Source: Eledone cirrhosa (lineage: Eukaryota). Taken from it: DNA of 64,000 nucleotides. The stretch is from assembly GCA_964016885.1 (NCBI GenBank), contig OZ024744.1, forward strand, positions 3,720,001 to 3,784,000, read 5' to 3'. The notes below the pieces were generated by a model that did not search any database, was not told the origin of the DNA, and saw only the letters and a program-made list of their open reading frames with translations. A program made the position numbers and the translations under genes. Shown one piece after another: positions 27,151 to 41,700 of the stretch (position 1 is its first letter; each line of letters starts with the position of its first letter).

Positions 27151-30100
27151 GAAGAACGAAGTTTTGGGGGAAGACAAGGTAGAGAAAGATAGCTTGGTGA
27201 TGAACAGAGTTTTGAGGGAAGACGAGGTAGAGAAAGATAGCTTGGTGAAGAACGAAGTTTTGGGGGAAGACAAGGTAGAGAAAGATAGCTTGGTGACTAA
27301 CGAAGTTTTGGGAGAAGACAAGGTCGAGAAAGATAGCTTGGTGAAGAACGAAATTTTGAGGGAAGACAAGGTAGAGAAAGATAGCTTGGTGAAGAACGAC
27401 GTTTTGAGGGAAGAGAAGATAGAGAAAGATAGCTTGGTGAAGAACGACGTTTTGTGGGAAGACAAGGTAGAGAAAGATAGCTTGGTGAAGAACGAAGTTT
27501 TGAGGGAAGACAAGGTAGAGAAAGATAGCTTGGTGAATAACGAAGTTTTGGGAGAAGACAAGGTGGAGAAAGATAGCTTGGTGAAGAACGAAGTTTTGAG
27601 GGAAGACAAGGTAGAGAAAGATAGCTTGGTGAAGAACGACGTTTTGTGGGAAGACAAGGTAGAGAAAGATAGCTTGGTGAAGAACGAAGTTTTGGGGGAA
27701 GACAAGGTAGAGAAAGATAGCTTGGTGAAGAACGAAGTTTTGAGGGAAGACAAGGTAGAGAAAGATAGCTTGGTGAAGAACGAAGTTTTGGGAGAAGACA
27801 AGGTAGAGAAAGATAGCTTGGTGAAGAACGAAGTTTTGAGGGAAGACAAGGTAGAGAAAGATAGCTTGGTGAAGAACGACGTTTTGAGGGAAGACAAGAT
27901 AGAGAAAGATAGCTTGGTGAAGAACGACGTTTTGAGGGAAGACAAGGTAGAGAAAGATAGCTTGGTGAAGAACGAAGTTTTGGGGGAAGACAAGGTAGAG
28001 AAAGATAGCTTGGTGAAGAACGAAGTTTTGGGGGAAGACAATGTAGAGAAAGATATCTTGGTGAAGAACGAAGTTTTGACGGAAGACAAGGTAGAGAAAG
28101 ATAGCTTGGTGAAGAATGACGTTTTGTGGGAAGACAAGGTAGAGAAAGATAGCTTGGTGAAGAACGAAGTTTTGTGTGAAGACAAGCTAGAGAAAGATAG
28201 CTTGGTGAAGAACGAAGTTTTGGGGGAAGACAAGGTAGAGAAAGATAGATTGGTGAAGAACAAAGTTTTGAGGGATGACAAGGTAGAGAAAGATGACTTG
28301 GTGAAGAACGAAGTTTTGGGGGAAGACAAGGTAGAGAAAGATAGCTTGGTGAAGAACGAAGTTTTGAGGGAAGACAAGGTAGAGAAAGATAGCTTGGTGA
28401 AGAACGAAGTTTTGGGGGAAGACAAGGTAGAGAAAGATAGCTTGGTGAAGAACGAAGTTTTGAGGGAAGACAAGGTAGAGAAAGATAGCTTGGTGAATAA
28501 CGAAGTTTTGGGAGAAGACAAGGTAGAGAAAGATAGCTTGGTGAAGAACGATGTTTTGAGGGAAGGCAAGGTAGAGAAAGATAGCTTGGTGAAGAGCGAC
28601 GTTTTGAGGGAAGACAAGGTAGAGAAAGATAGCTTGGTGAAGAACGAAGTTTTGAGGGAAGACAAGGTAGAGAAAGATAGCTTGGTGAATAACGAAGTTT
28701 TGGGAGAAGACAAGGTGGAGAAAGATAGCTTGGTGAAGAACGAAGTTTTGAGGGAAGACAAGGTAGAGAAAGATAGCTTGGTGAAGAACGACGTTTTGTG
28801 GGAAGACAAGGTAGAGAAAGATAGCTTGGTGAAGAACGAAGTTTTGGGGGAAGACAAGGTAGAGAAAGATAGCTTGGTGAAGAACGAAGTTTTGAGGGAA
28901 GACAAGGTAGAGAAAGATAGCTTGGTGAAGAACGAAGTTTTGGGAGAAGACAAGGTAGAGAAAGATAGCTTGGTGAAGAACGAAGTTTTGAGGGAAGACA
29001 AGGTAGAGAAAGATAGCTTGGTGAAGAACGACGTTTTGAGGGAAGACAAGATAGAGAAAGATAGCTTGGTGAAGAACGACGTTTTGTGGGAAGACAAGGT
29101 AGAGAAAGATAGCTTGGTGAAGAACGAAGTTTTGGGGGAAGACAAGGTAGAGAAAGATAGCTTGGTGAAGAACGAAGTTTTGGGGGAAGACAAGGTAGAG
29201 AAAGATATCTTGGTGAAGAACGAAGTTTTGACGGAAGACAAGGTAGAGAAAGATAGCTTGGTGAAGAATGACGTTTTGTGGGAAGACAAGGTAGAGAAAG
29301 ATAGCTTGGTGAAGAACGAAGTTTTGTGTGAAGACAAGCTAGAGAAAGATAGCTTGGTGAAGAACGAAGTTTTGGGGGAAGACAAGGTAGAGAAAGATAG
29401 ATTGGTGAAGAACAAAGTTTTGAGGGATGACAAGGTAGAGAAAGATGACTTGGTGAAGAACGAAGTTTTGGGGGAAGACAAGGTAGAGAAAGATAGCTTG
29501 GTGAAGAACGAAGTTTTGAGGGAAGACAAGGTAGAGAAAGATAGCTTGGTGAAGAACGAAGTTTTGGGGGAAGACAAGGTAGAGAAAGATAGCTTGGTGA
29601 AGAACGAAGTTTTGAGGGAAGACAAGGTAGAGAAAGATAGCTTGGTGAATAACGAAGTTTTGGGAGAAGACAAGGTAGAGAAAGATAGCTTGGTGAAGAA
29701 CGATGTTTTGAGGGAAGGCAAGGTAGAGAAAGATAGCTTGGTGAAGAACGACGTTTTGTGGGAAGACAAGGTAGAGAAAGATAGCTTGGTGAATAACGAA
29801 GTTTTGGGAGAAGACAAGGTGGAGAAAGATAGCTTGGTGAAGAACGAAGTTTTGAGGGAAGACAAGGTAGAGAAAGATAGCTTGGTGAAGAACGACGTTT
29901 TGTGGGAAGACAAGGTAGAGAAAGATAGCTTGGTGAAGAACGAAGTTTTGGGGGAAGACAAGGTAGAGAAAGATAGCTTGGTGAAGAACGAAGTTTTGAG
30001 GGAAGACAAGGTAGAGAAAGATAGCTTGGTGAAGAACGAAGTTTTGGGAGAAGACAAGGTAGAGAAAGATAGCTTGGTGAAGAACGAAGTTTTGAGGGAA

Positions 30101-33100
30101 GACAAGGTAGAGAAAGATAGCTTGGTGAAGAACGACGTTTTGAGGGAAGACAAGATAGAGAAAGATAGCTTGGTGAAGAACGACGTTTTGTGGGAAGACA
30201 AGGTAGAGAAAGATAGCTTGGTGAAGAACGAAGTTTTGGGGGAAGACAAGGTAGAGAAAGATAGCTTGGTGAAGAACGAAGTTTTGGGGGAAGACAAGGT
30301 AGAGAAAGATATCTTGGTGAAGAACGAAGTTTTGACGGAAGACAAGGTAGAGAAAGATAGCTTGGTGAAGAATGACGTTTTGTGGGAAGACAAGGTAGAG
30401 AAAGATAGCTTGGTGAAGAACGAAGTTTTGTGTGAAGACAAGCTAGAGAAAGATAGCTTGGTGAAGAACGAAGTTTTGGGGGAAGACAAGGTAGAGAAAG
30501 ATAGATTGGTGAAGAACAAAGTTTTGAGGGATGACAAGGTAGAGAAAGATGACTTGGTGAAGAACGAAGTTTTGGGGGAAGACAAGGTAGAGAAAGATAG
30601 CTTGGTGAAGAACGAAGTTTTGAGGGAAGACAAGGTAGAGAAAGATAGCTTGGTGAAGAACGAAGTTTTGGGGGAAGACAAGGTAGAGAAAGATAGCTTG
30701 GTGAAGAACGAAGTTTTGAGGGAAGACAAGGTAGAGAAAGATAGCTTGGTGAATAACGAAGTTTTGGGAGAAGACAAGGTAGAGAAAGATAGCTTGGTGA
30801 AGAACGATGTTTTGAGGGAAGGCAAGGTAGAGAAAGATAGCTTGGTGAAGAACGACGTTTTGAGGGAAGACAAGGTAGAGAAAGATAGCTTGTTGAAGAA
30901 CGAAGTTCTGAGGGAAGACAAGGTAGAGAAAGATAGCTTGGTGAAGAACGAAGTTTTTGGGAGAAAACAAGGTAGAGAAAGATATCTTGGTGAAGAACGA
31001 AGTTTCGACGGAAGACAAGGTAGAGAAAGATAGCGTGGTGAAGTATGACGTTTTGTGGGAAGACAAGGTAGAGAAAGATAGCTTGGTGAAGAACGAAGTT
31101 TTGTGTGAAGACAAGCTAGAGAAAGATAGCTTGGTGAAGAACGAAGTTTTGGGAGAAAACAAGGTAGAGAAAGATATCTTGGTGAAGAACGAAGTTTCGA
31201 CGGAAGACAAGGTAGAGAAAGATAGCTTGGTGAAGAATGACGTTTTGTGGGAAGACAAGGTAGAGAAAGATAGCTTGGTGAAGAACGAAGTTTTGTGTGA
31301 AGACAAGCTAGAGAAAGATAGCTTGGTGAAGAACGAAGTTTTGGGGGAAGACAAGGTAGAGAAAGATAGCTTGGTGAAGAACGAAGTTTTGGGGGAAGAC
31401 AAGGTAGAGAAAGATAGCTTGGTGAGAACGAAGTTTTGAGGGAAGACAAGGTAGAGAAAGATAGCTTGGTGAATAACGAAGTTTTGGGAGAAGACAAGGT
31501 AGAGAAAGATAGCTTGGTGAAGAACGATGTTTTGAGGGAAGACAAGGTAGAGAAAGATAGCTTGGTGAAGAACGACGTTTTGAGGGAAGACAAGGTAGAG
31601 AAAGATAGCTTGGTGAAGAACGACGTTTTGTGGGAAGACAAGGTAGAGAAAGATAGCTTGCTGAAGAACGAAGTTTTGGGGGAAGACAAGGTAGAGAAAG
31701 ATAGCTTGCGAAGAACGAAGTTTTGGGGGAAGACAAGGTAGAGAAAGATAGCTTGGTGAAGAACGAAGTTTTGGGGGATGACAAGGTAGAGAAAGATAGC
31801 TTGGTGAAGAACGAAGTTTTGGGAGAAGACAAGGTAGAGAAAGATAGCTTGGTGAAGAACGAAGTTTTGAGGGAAGACAAGGTAGAGAAAGATAGCTTGG
31901 TGAAGAACGACGTTTTGAGGGAAGACAAGGTAGAGAAAGATAGCTTGGTGAAGAACGACGTTTTGTGGGAAGACAAGGTAGAGAAAGATAGCTTGGTGAA
32001 GAACGAAGTTTTCGGGGAAGACAAGGTAGAGAAAGATAGCTTGGTGAAGAACGAAGTTTTGGGGGAAGATAAGGTAGAGAAAGATAGCTTGGTGAAGAAC
32101 GAAGTTTTGGGGGAAGACAAGGTAGAGAAAGATAGCTTGGTGAAGAACGAAGTTTTGGGGAAGACAATGTAGAGAAAGATAGCTTGGTGAAGAACGAAGT
32201 TTTGGGGGAAGACAAGGTAGAGAAAGATAGCTTGGTGACTAACGAAGTTTTGGGAGAAGACAAGGTCGAGAAAGATAGCTTGGTGAAGAACGAAATTTTG
32301 AGGGAAGACAAGGTAGAGAAAGATAGCTTGGTGAAGAACGACGTTTTGAGGGAAGAGAAGATAGAGAAAGATAGCTTGGTGAAGAACGACGTTTTGTGGG
32401 AAGACAAGGTAGAGAAAGATAGCTTGGTGAAGAACGAAGTTTTGAGGGAAGACAAGGTAGAGAAAGATAGCTTGGTGAATAACGAAGTTTTGGGAGAAGA
32501 CAAGGTGGAGAAAGATAGCTTGGTGAAGAACGAAGTTTTGAGGGAAGACAAGGTAGAGAAAGATAGCTTGGTGAAGAACGACGTTTTGTGGGAAGACAAG
32601 GTAGAGAAAGATAGCTTGGTGAAGAACGAAGTTTTGGGGGAAGACAAGGTAGAGAAAGATAGCTTGGTGAAGAACGAAGTTTTGAGGGAAGACAAGGTAG
32701 AGAAAGATAGCTTGGTGAAGAACGAAGTTTTGGGAGAAGACAAGGTAGAGAAAGATAGCTTGGTGAAGAACGAAGTTTTGAGGGAAGACAAGGTAGAGAA
32801 AGATAGCTTGGTGAAGAACGACGTTTTGAGGGAAGACAAGATAGAGAAAGATAGCTTGGTGAAGAACGACGTTTTGTGGGAAGACAAGGTAGAGAAAGAT
32901 AGCTTGGTGAAGAACGAAGTTTTGGGGGAAGACAAGGTAGAGAAAGATAGCTTGGTGAAGAACGAAGTTTTGGGGGAAGACAAGGTAGAGAAAGATATCT
33001 TGGTGAAGAACGAAGTTTTGACGGAAGACAAGGTAGAGAAAGATAGCTTGGTGAAGAATGACGTTTTGTGGGAAGACAAGGTAGAGAAAGATAGCTTGGT

Positions 33101-36100
33101 GAAGAACGAAGTTTTGTGTGAAGACAAGCTAGAGAAAGATAGCTTGGTGAAGAACGAAGTTTTGGGGGAAGACAAGGTAGAGAAAGATAGATTGGTGAAG
33201 AACAAAGTTTTGAGGGATGACAAGGTAGAGAAAGATGACTTGGTGAAGAACGAAGTTTTGGGGGAAGACAAGGTAGAGAAAGATAGCTTGGTGAAGAACG
33301 AAGTTTTGAGGGAAGACAAGGTAGAGAAAGATAGCTTGGTGAAGAACGAAGTTTTGGGGGAAGACAAGGTAGAGAAAGATAGCTTGGTGAAGAACGAAGT
33401 TTTGAGGGAAGACAAGGTAGAGAAAGATAGCTTGGTGAATAACGAAGTTTTGGGAGAAGACAAGGTAGAGAAAGATAGCTTGGTGAAGAACGATGTTTTG
33501 AGGGAAGGCAAGGTAGAGAAAGATAGCTTGGTGAAGAACGACGTTTTGAGGGAAGACAAGGTAGAGAAAGATAGCTTGTTGAAGAACGAAGTTCTGAGGG
33601 AAGACAAGGTAGAGAAAGATAGCTTGGTGAAGAACGAAGTTTTGGGAGAAAACAAGGTAGAGAAAGATATCTTGGTGAAGAACGAAGTTTCGACGGAAGA
33701 CAAGGTAGAGAAAGATAGCGTGGTGAAGAATGACGTTTTGTGGGAAGACAAGGTAGAGAAAGATAGCTTGGTGAAGAACGAAGTTTTGTGTGAAGACAAG
33801 TTAGAGAAAGATAGCTTGGTGAAGAACGAAGTTTTGGGAGAAAACAAGGTAGAGAAAGATATCTTGGTGAAGAACGAAGTTTCGACGGAAGACAAGGTAG
33901 AGAAAGATAGCTTGGTGAAGAATGACGTTTTGTGGGAAGACAAGGTAGAGAAAGATAGCTTGGTGAAGAACGAAGTTTTGTGTGAAGACAAGCTAGAGAA
34001 AGATAGCTTGGTGAAGAACGAAGTTTTGGGGGAAGACAAGGTAGAGAAAGATAGCTTGGTGAAGAACGAAGTTTTGGGGGAAGACAAGGTAGAGAAAGAT
34101 AGCTTGGTGAGAACGAAGTTTTGAGGGAAGACAAGGTAGAGAAAGATAGCTTGGTGAATAACGAAGTTTTGGGAGAAGACAAGGTAGAGAAAGATAGCTT
34201 GGTGAAGAACGATGTTTTGAGGGAAGACAAGGTAGAGAAAGATAGCTTGGTGAAGAACGACGTTTTGAGGGAAGACAAGGTAGAGAAAGATAGCTTGGTG
34301 AAGAACGACGTTTTGTGGGAAGACAAGGTAGAGAAAGATAGCTTGCTGAAGAACGAAGTTTTGGGGGAAGACAAGGTAGAGAAAGATAGCTTGCGAAGAA
34401 CGAAGTTTTGGGGGAAGACAAGGTAGAGAAAGATAGCTTGGTGAAGAACGAAGTTTTGGGGGATGACAAGGTAGAGAAAGATAGCTTGGTGAAGAACGAA
34501 GTTTTGGGGGAAGACAAGGTAGAGAAAGATAGCTTGGTGATGAACAAAGTTTTGAGGGAAGACGAGGTAGAGAAAGATAGCTTGGTGAAGAACGAAGTTT
34601 TGGGGGAAGACAAGGTAGAGAAAGATAGCTTGGTGACTAACGAAGTTTTGGGAGAAGACAAGGTCGAGAAAGATAGCTTGGTGAAGAACGAAATTTTGAG
34701 GGAAGACAAGGTAGAGAAAGATAGCTTGGTGAAGAACGACGTTTTGAGGGAAGAGAAGATAGAGAAAGATAGCTTGGTGAAGAACGACGTTTTGTGGGAA
34801 GACAAGGTAGAGAAAGATAGCTTGGTGAAGAACGAAGTTTTGAGGGAAGACAAGGTAGAGAAAGATAGCTTGGTGAATAACGAAGTTTTGGGAGAAGACA
34901 AGGTGGAGAAAGATAGCTTGGTGAAGAACGAAGTTTTGAGGGAAGACAAGGTAGAGAAAGATAGCTTGGTGAAGAACGACGTTTTGTGGGAAGACAAGGT
35001 AGAGAAAGATAGCTTGGTGAAGAACGAAGTTTTGGGGGAAGACAAGGTAGAGAAAGATAGCTTGGTGAAGAACGAAGTTTTGAGGGAAGACAAGGTAGAG
35101 AAAGATAGCTTGGTGAAGAACGAAGTTTTGGGAGAAGACAAGGTAGAGAAAGATAGCTTGGTGAAGAACGAAGTTTTGAGGGAAGACAAGGTAGAGAAAG
35201 ATAGCTTGGTGAAGAACGACGTTTTGAGGGAAGACAAGATAGAGAAAGATAGCTTGGTGAAGAACGACGTTTTGTGGGAAGACAAGGTAGAGAAAGATAG
35301 CTTGGTGAAGAACGAAGTTTTGGGGGAAGACAAGGTAGAGAAAGATAGCTTGGTGAAGAACGAAGTTTTGGGGGAAGACAATGTAGAGAAAGATATCTTG
35401 GTGAAGAACGAAGTTTTGACGGAAGACAAGGTAGAGAAAGATAGCTTGGTGAAGAATGACGTTTTGTGGGAAGACAAGGTAGAGAAAGATAGCTTGGTGA
35501 AGAACGAAGTTTTGTGTGAAGACAAGCTAGAGAAAGATAGCTTGGTGAAGAACGAAGTTTTGGGGGAAGACAAGGTAGAGAAAGATAGATTGGTGAAGAA
35601 CAAAGTTTTGAGGGATGACAAGGTAGAGAAAGATGACTTGGTGAAGAACGAAGTTTTGGGGGAAGACAAGGTAGAGAAAGATAGCTTGGTGAAGAACGAA
35701 GTTTTGAGGGAAGACAAGGTAGAGAAAGATAGCTTGGTGAAGAACGAAGTTTTGGGGGAAGACAAGGTAGAGAAAGATAGCTTGGTGAAGAACGAAGTTT
35801 TGAGGGAAGACAAGGTAGAGAAAGATAGCTTGGTGAATAACGAAGTTTTGGGAGAAGACAAGGTAGAGAAAGATAGCTTGGTGAAGAACGATGTTTTGAG
35901 GGAAGGCAAGGTAGAGAAAGATAGCTTGGTGAAGAACGACGTTTTGAGGGAAGACAAGGTAGAGAAAGATAGCTTGGTGAAGAACGAAGTTTTGAGGGAA
36001 GACAAGGTAGAGAAAGATAGCTTGGTGAATAACGAAGTTTTGGGAGAAGACAAGGTGGAGAAAGATAGCTTGGTGAAGAACGAAGTTTTGGGGGAAGACA

Positions 36101-38760
36101 AGGTAGAGAAAGATAGCTTGGTGAAGAACGAAGTTTTGAGGGAAGACAAGGTAGAGAAAGATAGCTTGGTGAAGAACGAAGTTTTGGGAGAAGACAAGGT
36201 AGAGAAAGATAGCTTGGTGAAGAACGAAGTTTTGAGGGAAGACAAGGTAGAGAAAGATAGCTTGGTGAAGAACGACGTTTTGAGGGAAGACAAGATAGAG
36301 AAAGATAGCTTGGTGAAGAACGACGTTTTGTGGGAAGACAAGGTAGAGAAAGATAGCTTGGTGAAGAACGAAGTTTTGGGGGAAGACAAGGTAGAGAAAG
36401 ATAGCTTGGTGAAGAACGAAGTACAAGGTAGAGAAAGATAGCTTGGTGAAGAATGACGTTTTGTGGGAAGACAAGGTAGAGAAAGATAGCTTGGTGAAGA
36501 ACGAAGTTTTGTGTGAAGACAAGCTAGAGAAAGATAGCTTGGTGAAGAACGAAGTTTTGGGGGAAGACAAGGTAGAGAAAGATAGATTGGTGAAGAACAA
36601 AGTTTTGAGGGATGACAAGGTAGAGAAAGATGACTTGGTGAAGAACGAAGTTTTGGGGGAAGACAAGGTAGAGAAAGATAGCTTGGTGAAGAACGAAGTT
36701 TTGAGGGAAGACAAGGTAGAGAAAGATAGCTTGGTGAAGAACGAAGTTTTGGGGGAAGACAAGGTAGAGAAAGATAGCTTGGTGAAGAACGAAGTTTTGA
36801 GGGAAGACAAGGTAGAGAAAGATAGCTTGGTGAATAACGAAGTTTTGGGAGAAGACAAGGTAGAGAAAGATAGCTTGGTGAAGAACGATGTTTTGAGGGA
36901 AGGCAAGGTAGAGAAAGATAGCTTGGTGAAGAACGACGTTTTGTGGGAAGACAAGGTAGAGAAAGATAGCTTGGTGAATAACGAAGTTTTGGGAGAAGAC
37001 AAGGTGGAGAAAGATAGCTTGGTGAAGAACGAAGTTTTGAGGGAAGACAAGGTAGAGAAAGATAGCTTGGTGAAGAACGACGTTTTGTGGGAAGACAAGG
37101 TAGAGAAAGATAGCTTGGTGAAGAACGAAGTTTTGGGGGAAGACAAGGTAGAGAAAGATAGCTTGGTGAAGAACGAAGTTTTGAGGGAAGACAAGGTAGA
37201 GAAAGATAGCTTGGTGAAGAACGAAGTTTTGGGAGAAGACAAGGTAGAGAAAGATAGCTTGGTGAAGAACGAAGTTTTGAGGGAAGACAAGGTAGAGAAA
37301 GATAGCTTGGTGAAGAACGACGTTTTGAGGGAAGACAAGATAGAGAAAGATAGCTTGGTGAAGAACGACGTTTTGTGGGAAGACAAGGTAGAGAAAGATA
37401 GCTTGGTGAAGAACGAAGTTTTGGGGGAAGACAAGGTAGAGAAAGATAGCTTGGTGAAGAACGAAGTTTTGGGGGAAGACAAGGTAGAGAAAGATAGCTT
37501 GGTGAAGAACGATGTTTTGAGGGAAGGCAAGGTAGAGAAAGATAGCTTGGTGAAGAACGACGTTTTGAGGGAAGACAAGGTAGAGAAAGATAGCTTGTTG
37601 AAGAACGAAGTTCTGAGGGAAGACAAGGTAGAGAAAGATAGCTTGGTGAAGAACGAAGTTTTGGGAGAAAACAAGGTAGAGAAAGATATCTTGGTGAAGA
37701 ACGAAGTTTCGACGGAAGACAAGGTAGAGAAAGATAGCGTGGTGAAGAATGACGTTTTGTGGGAAGACAAGGTAGAGAAAGATAGCTTGGTGAAGAACGA
37801 AGTTTTGTGTGAAGACAAGCTAGAGAAAGATAGCTTGGTGAAGAACGAAGTTTTGGGAGAAAACAAGGTAGAGAAAGATATCTTGGTGAAGAACGAAGTT
37901 TCGACGGAAGACAAGGTAGAGAAAGATAGCTTGGTGAAGAATGACGTTTTGTGGGAAGACAAGGTAGAGAAAGATAGCTTGGTGAGAACGAAGTTTTGAG
38001 GGAAGACAAGGTAGAGAAAGATAGCTTGGTGAATAACGAAGTTTTGGGAGAAGACAAGGTAGAGAAAGATAGCTTGGTGAAGAACGATGTTTTGAGGGAA
38101 GACAAGGTAGAGAAAGATAGCTTGGTGAAGAACGACGTTTTGAGGGAAGACAAGGTAGAGAAAGATAGCTTGGTGAAGAACGACGTTTTGTGGGAAGACA
38201 AGGTAGAGAAAGATAGCTTGCTGAAGAACGAAGTTTTGGGGGAAGACAAGGTAGAGAAAGATAGCTTGCGAAGAACGAAGTTTTGGGGGAAGACAAGGTA
38301 GAGAAAGATAGCTTGGTGAAGAACGAAGTTTTGTGTGAAGACAAGCTAGAGAAAGATAGCTTGGTGAAGAACGAAGTTTTGGGGGAAGACAAGGTAGAGA
38401 AAGATAGCTTGGTGAAGAACGAAGTTTTGGGGGAAGACAAGGTAGAGAAAGATAGCTTGGTGAGAACGAAGTTTTGAGGGAAGACAAGGTAGAGAAAGAT
38501 AGCTTGGTGAATAACGAAGTTTTGGGAGAAGACAAGGTAGAGAAAGATAGCTTGGTGAAGAACGATGTTTTGAGGGAAGACAAGGTAGAGAAAGATAGCT
38601 TGGTGAAGAACGACGTTTTGAGGGAAGACAAGGTAGAGAAAGATAGCTTGGTGAAGAACGACGTTTTGTGGGAAGACAAGGTAGAGAAAGATAGCTTGCT
38701 GAAGAACGAAGTTTTGGGGGAAGACAAGGTAGAGAAAGATAGCTTGCGAAGAACGAAGTT

Positions 38761-41700
38761 TTGGGGGAAGACAAGGTAGAGAAAGATAGCTTGGTGAAGA
38801 ACGAAGTTTTGGGGGATGACAAGGTAGAGAAAGATAGCTTGGTGAAGAACGAAGTTTTGGGGGAAGACAAGGTAGAGAAAGATAGCTTGGTGATGAACAA
38901 AGTTTTGAGGGAAGACGAGGTAGAGAAAGATAGCTTGGTGAAGAACGAAGTTTTGGGGGAAGACAAGGTAGAGAAAGATAGCTTGGTGACTAACGAAGTT
39001 TTGGGAGAAGACAAGGTCGAGAAAGATAGCTTGGTGAAGAACGAAATTTTGAGGGAAGACAAGGTAGAGAAAGATAGCTTGGTGAAGAACGACGTTTTGA
39101 GGGAAGAGAAGATAGAGAAAGATAGCTTGGTGAAGAACGACGTTTTGTGGGAAGACAAGGTAGAGAAAGATAGCTTGGTGAAGAACGAAGTTTTGAGGGA
39201 AGACAAGGTAGAGAAAGATAGCTTGGTGAATAACGAAGTTTTGGGAGAAGACAAGGTGGAGAAAGATAGCTTGGTGAAGAACGAAGTTTTGAGGGAAGAC
39301 AAGGTAGAGAAAGATAGCTTGGTGAAGAACGACGTTTTGTGGGAAGACAAGGTAGAGAAAGATAGCTTGGTGAAGAACGAAGTTTTGGGGGAAGACAAGG
39401 TAGAGAAAGATAGCTTGGTGAAGAACGAAGTTTTGAGGGAAGACAAGGTAGAGAAAGATAGCTTGGTGAAGAACGAAGTTTTGGGAGAAGACAAGGTAGA
39501 GAAAGATAGCTTGGTGAAGAACGAAGTTTTGAGGGAAGACAAGGTAGAGAAAGATAGCTTGGTGAAGAACGACGTTTTGAGGGAAGACAAGATAGAGAAA
39601 GATAGCTTGGTGAAGAACGACGTTTTGTGGGAAGACAAGGTAGAGAAAGATAGCTTGGTGAAGAACGAAGTTTTGGGGGAAGACAAGGTAGAGAAAGATA
39701 GCTTGGTGAAGAACGAAGTTTTGGGGGAAGACAATGTAGAGAAAGATATATTGGTGAAGAACGAAGTTTTGACGGAAGACAAGGTAGAGAAAGATAGCTT
39801 GGTGAAGAATGACGTTTTGTGGGAAGACAAGGTAGAGAAAGATAGCTTGGTGAAGAACGAAGTTTTGTGTGAAGACAAGCTAGAGAAAGATAGCTTGGTG
39901 AAGAACGAAGTTTTGGGGGAAGACAAGGTAGAGAAAGATAGATTGGTGAAGAACAAAGTTTTGAGGGATGACAAGGTAGAGAAAGATGACTTGGTGAAGA
40001 ACGAAGTTTTGGGGGAAGACAAGGTAGAGAAAGATAGCTTGGTGAAGAACGAAGTTTTGAGGGAAGACAAGGTAGAGAAAGATAGCTTGGTGAAGAACGA
40101 AGTTTTGGGGGAAGACAAGGTAGAGAAAGATAGCTTGGTGAAGAACGAAGTTTTGAGGGAAGACAAGGTAGAGAAAGATAGCTTGGTGAATAACGAAGTT
40201 TTGGGAGAAGACAAGGTAGAGAAAGATAGCTTGGTGAAGAACGATGTTTTGAGGGAAGGCAAGGTAGAGAAAGATAGCTTGGTGAAGAACGACGTTTTGA
40301 GGGAAGACAAGGTAGAGAAAGATAGCTTGGTGAAGAACGAAGTTTTGAGGGAAGACAAGGTAGAGAAAGATAGCTTGGTGAATAACGAAGTTTTGGGAGA
40401 AGACAAGGTGGAGAAAGATAGCTTGGTGAAGAACGAAGTTTTGAGGGAAGACAAGGTAGAGAAAGATAGCTTGGTGAAGAACGACGTTTTGTGGGAAGAC
40501 AAGGTAGAGAAAGATAGCTTGGTGAAGAACGAAGTTTTGGGGGAAGACAAGGTAGAGAAAGATAGCTTGGTGAAGAACGAAGTTTTGAGGGAAGACAAGG
40601 TAGAGAAAGATAGCTTGGTGAAGAACGAAGTTTTGGGAGAAGACAAGGTAGAGAAAGATAGCTTGGTGAAGAACGAAGTTTTGAGGGAAGACAAGGTAGA
40701 GAAAGATAGCTTGGTGAAGAACGACGTTTTGAGGGAAGACAAGATAGAGAAAGATAGCTTGGTGAAGAACGACGTTTTGTGGGAAGACAAGGTAGAGAAA
40801 GATAGCTTGGTGAAGAACGAAGTTTTGGGGGAAGACAAGGTAGAGAAAGATAGCTTGGTGAAGAACGAAGTTTTGGGGGAAGACAAGGTAGAGAAAGATA
40901 TCTTGGTGAAGAACGAAGTTTTGACGGAAGACAAGGTAGAGAAAGATAGCTTGGTGAAGAATGACGTTTTGTGGGAAGACAAGGTAGAGAAAGATAGCTT
41001 GGTGAAGAACGAAGTTTTGTGTGAAGACAAGCTAGAGAAAGATAGCTTGGTGAAGAACGAAGTTTTGGGGGAAGACAAGGTAGAGAAAGATAGATTGGTG
41101 AAGAACAAAGTTTTGAGGGATGACAAGGTAGAGAAAGATGACTTGGTGAAGAACGAAGTTTTGGGGGAAGACAAGGTAGTGAAAGATAGCTTGGTGAAGA
41201 ACGAAGTTTTGAGGGAAGACAAGGTAGAGAAAGATAGCTTGGTGAAGAACGAAGTTTTGGGGGAAGACAAGGTAGAGAAAGATAGCTTGGTGAAGAACGA
41301 AGTTTTGAGGGAAGACAAGGTAGAGAAAGATAGCTTGGTGAATAACGAAGTTTTGGGAGAAGACAAGGTAGAGAAAGATAGCTTGGTGAAGAACGATGTT
41401 TTGAGGGAAGGCAAGGTAGAGAAAGATAGCTTGGTGAAGAACGACGTTTTGTGGGAAGACAAGGTAGAGAAAGATAGCTTGGTGAATAACGAAGTTTTGG
41501 GAGAAGACAAGGTGGAGAAAGATAGCTTGGTGAAGAACGAAGTTTTGAGGGAAGACAAGGTAGAGAAAGATAGCTTGGTGAAGAACGACGTTTTGTGGGA
41601 AGACAAGGTAGAGAAAGATAGCTTGGTGAAGAACGAAGTTTTGGGGGAAGACAAGGTAGAGAAAGATAGCTTGGTGAAGAACGAAGTTTTGAGGGAAGAC

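Noticed and set aside
18391-30960. Single +1 insertions (G6 at ~18393, T5 at ~30954) as compensating frameshifts
   Set aside because: They are singletons in homopolymers and absent from sister copies; sequencing error or private slippage is sufficient. The singleton deletion at ~798 is treated likewise.
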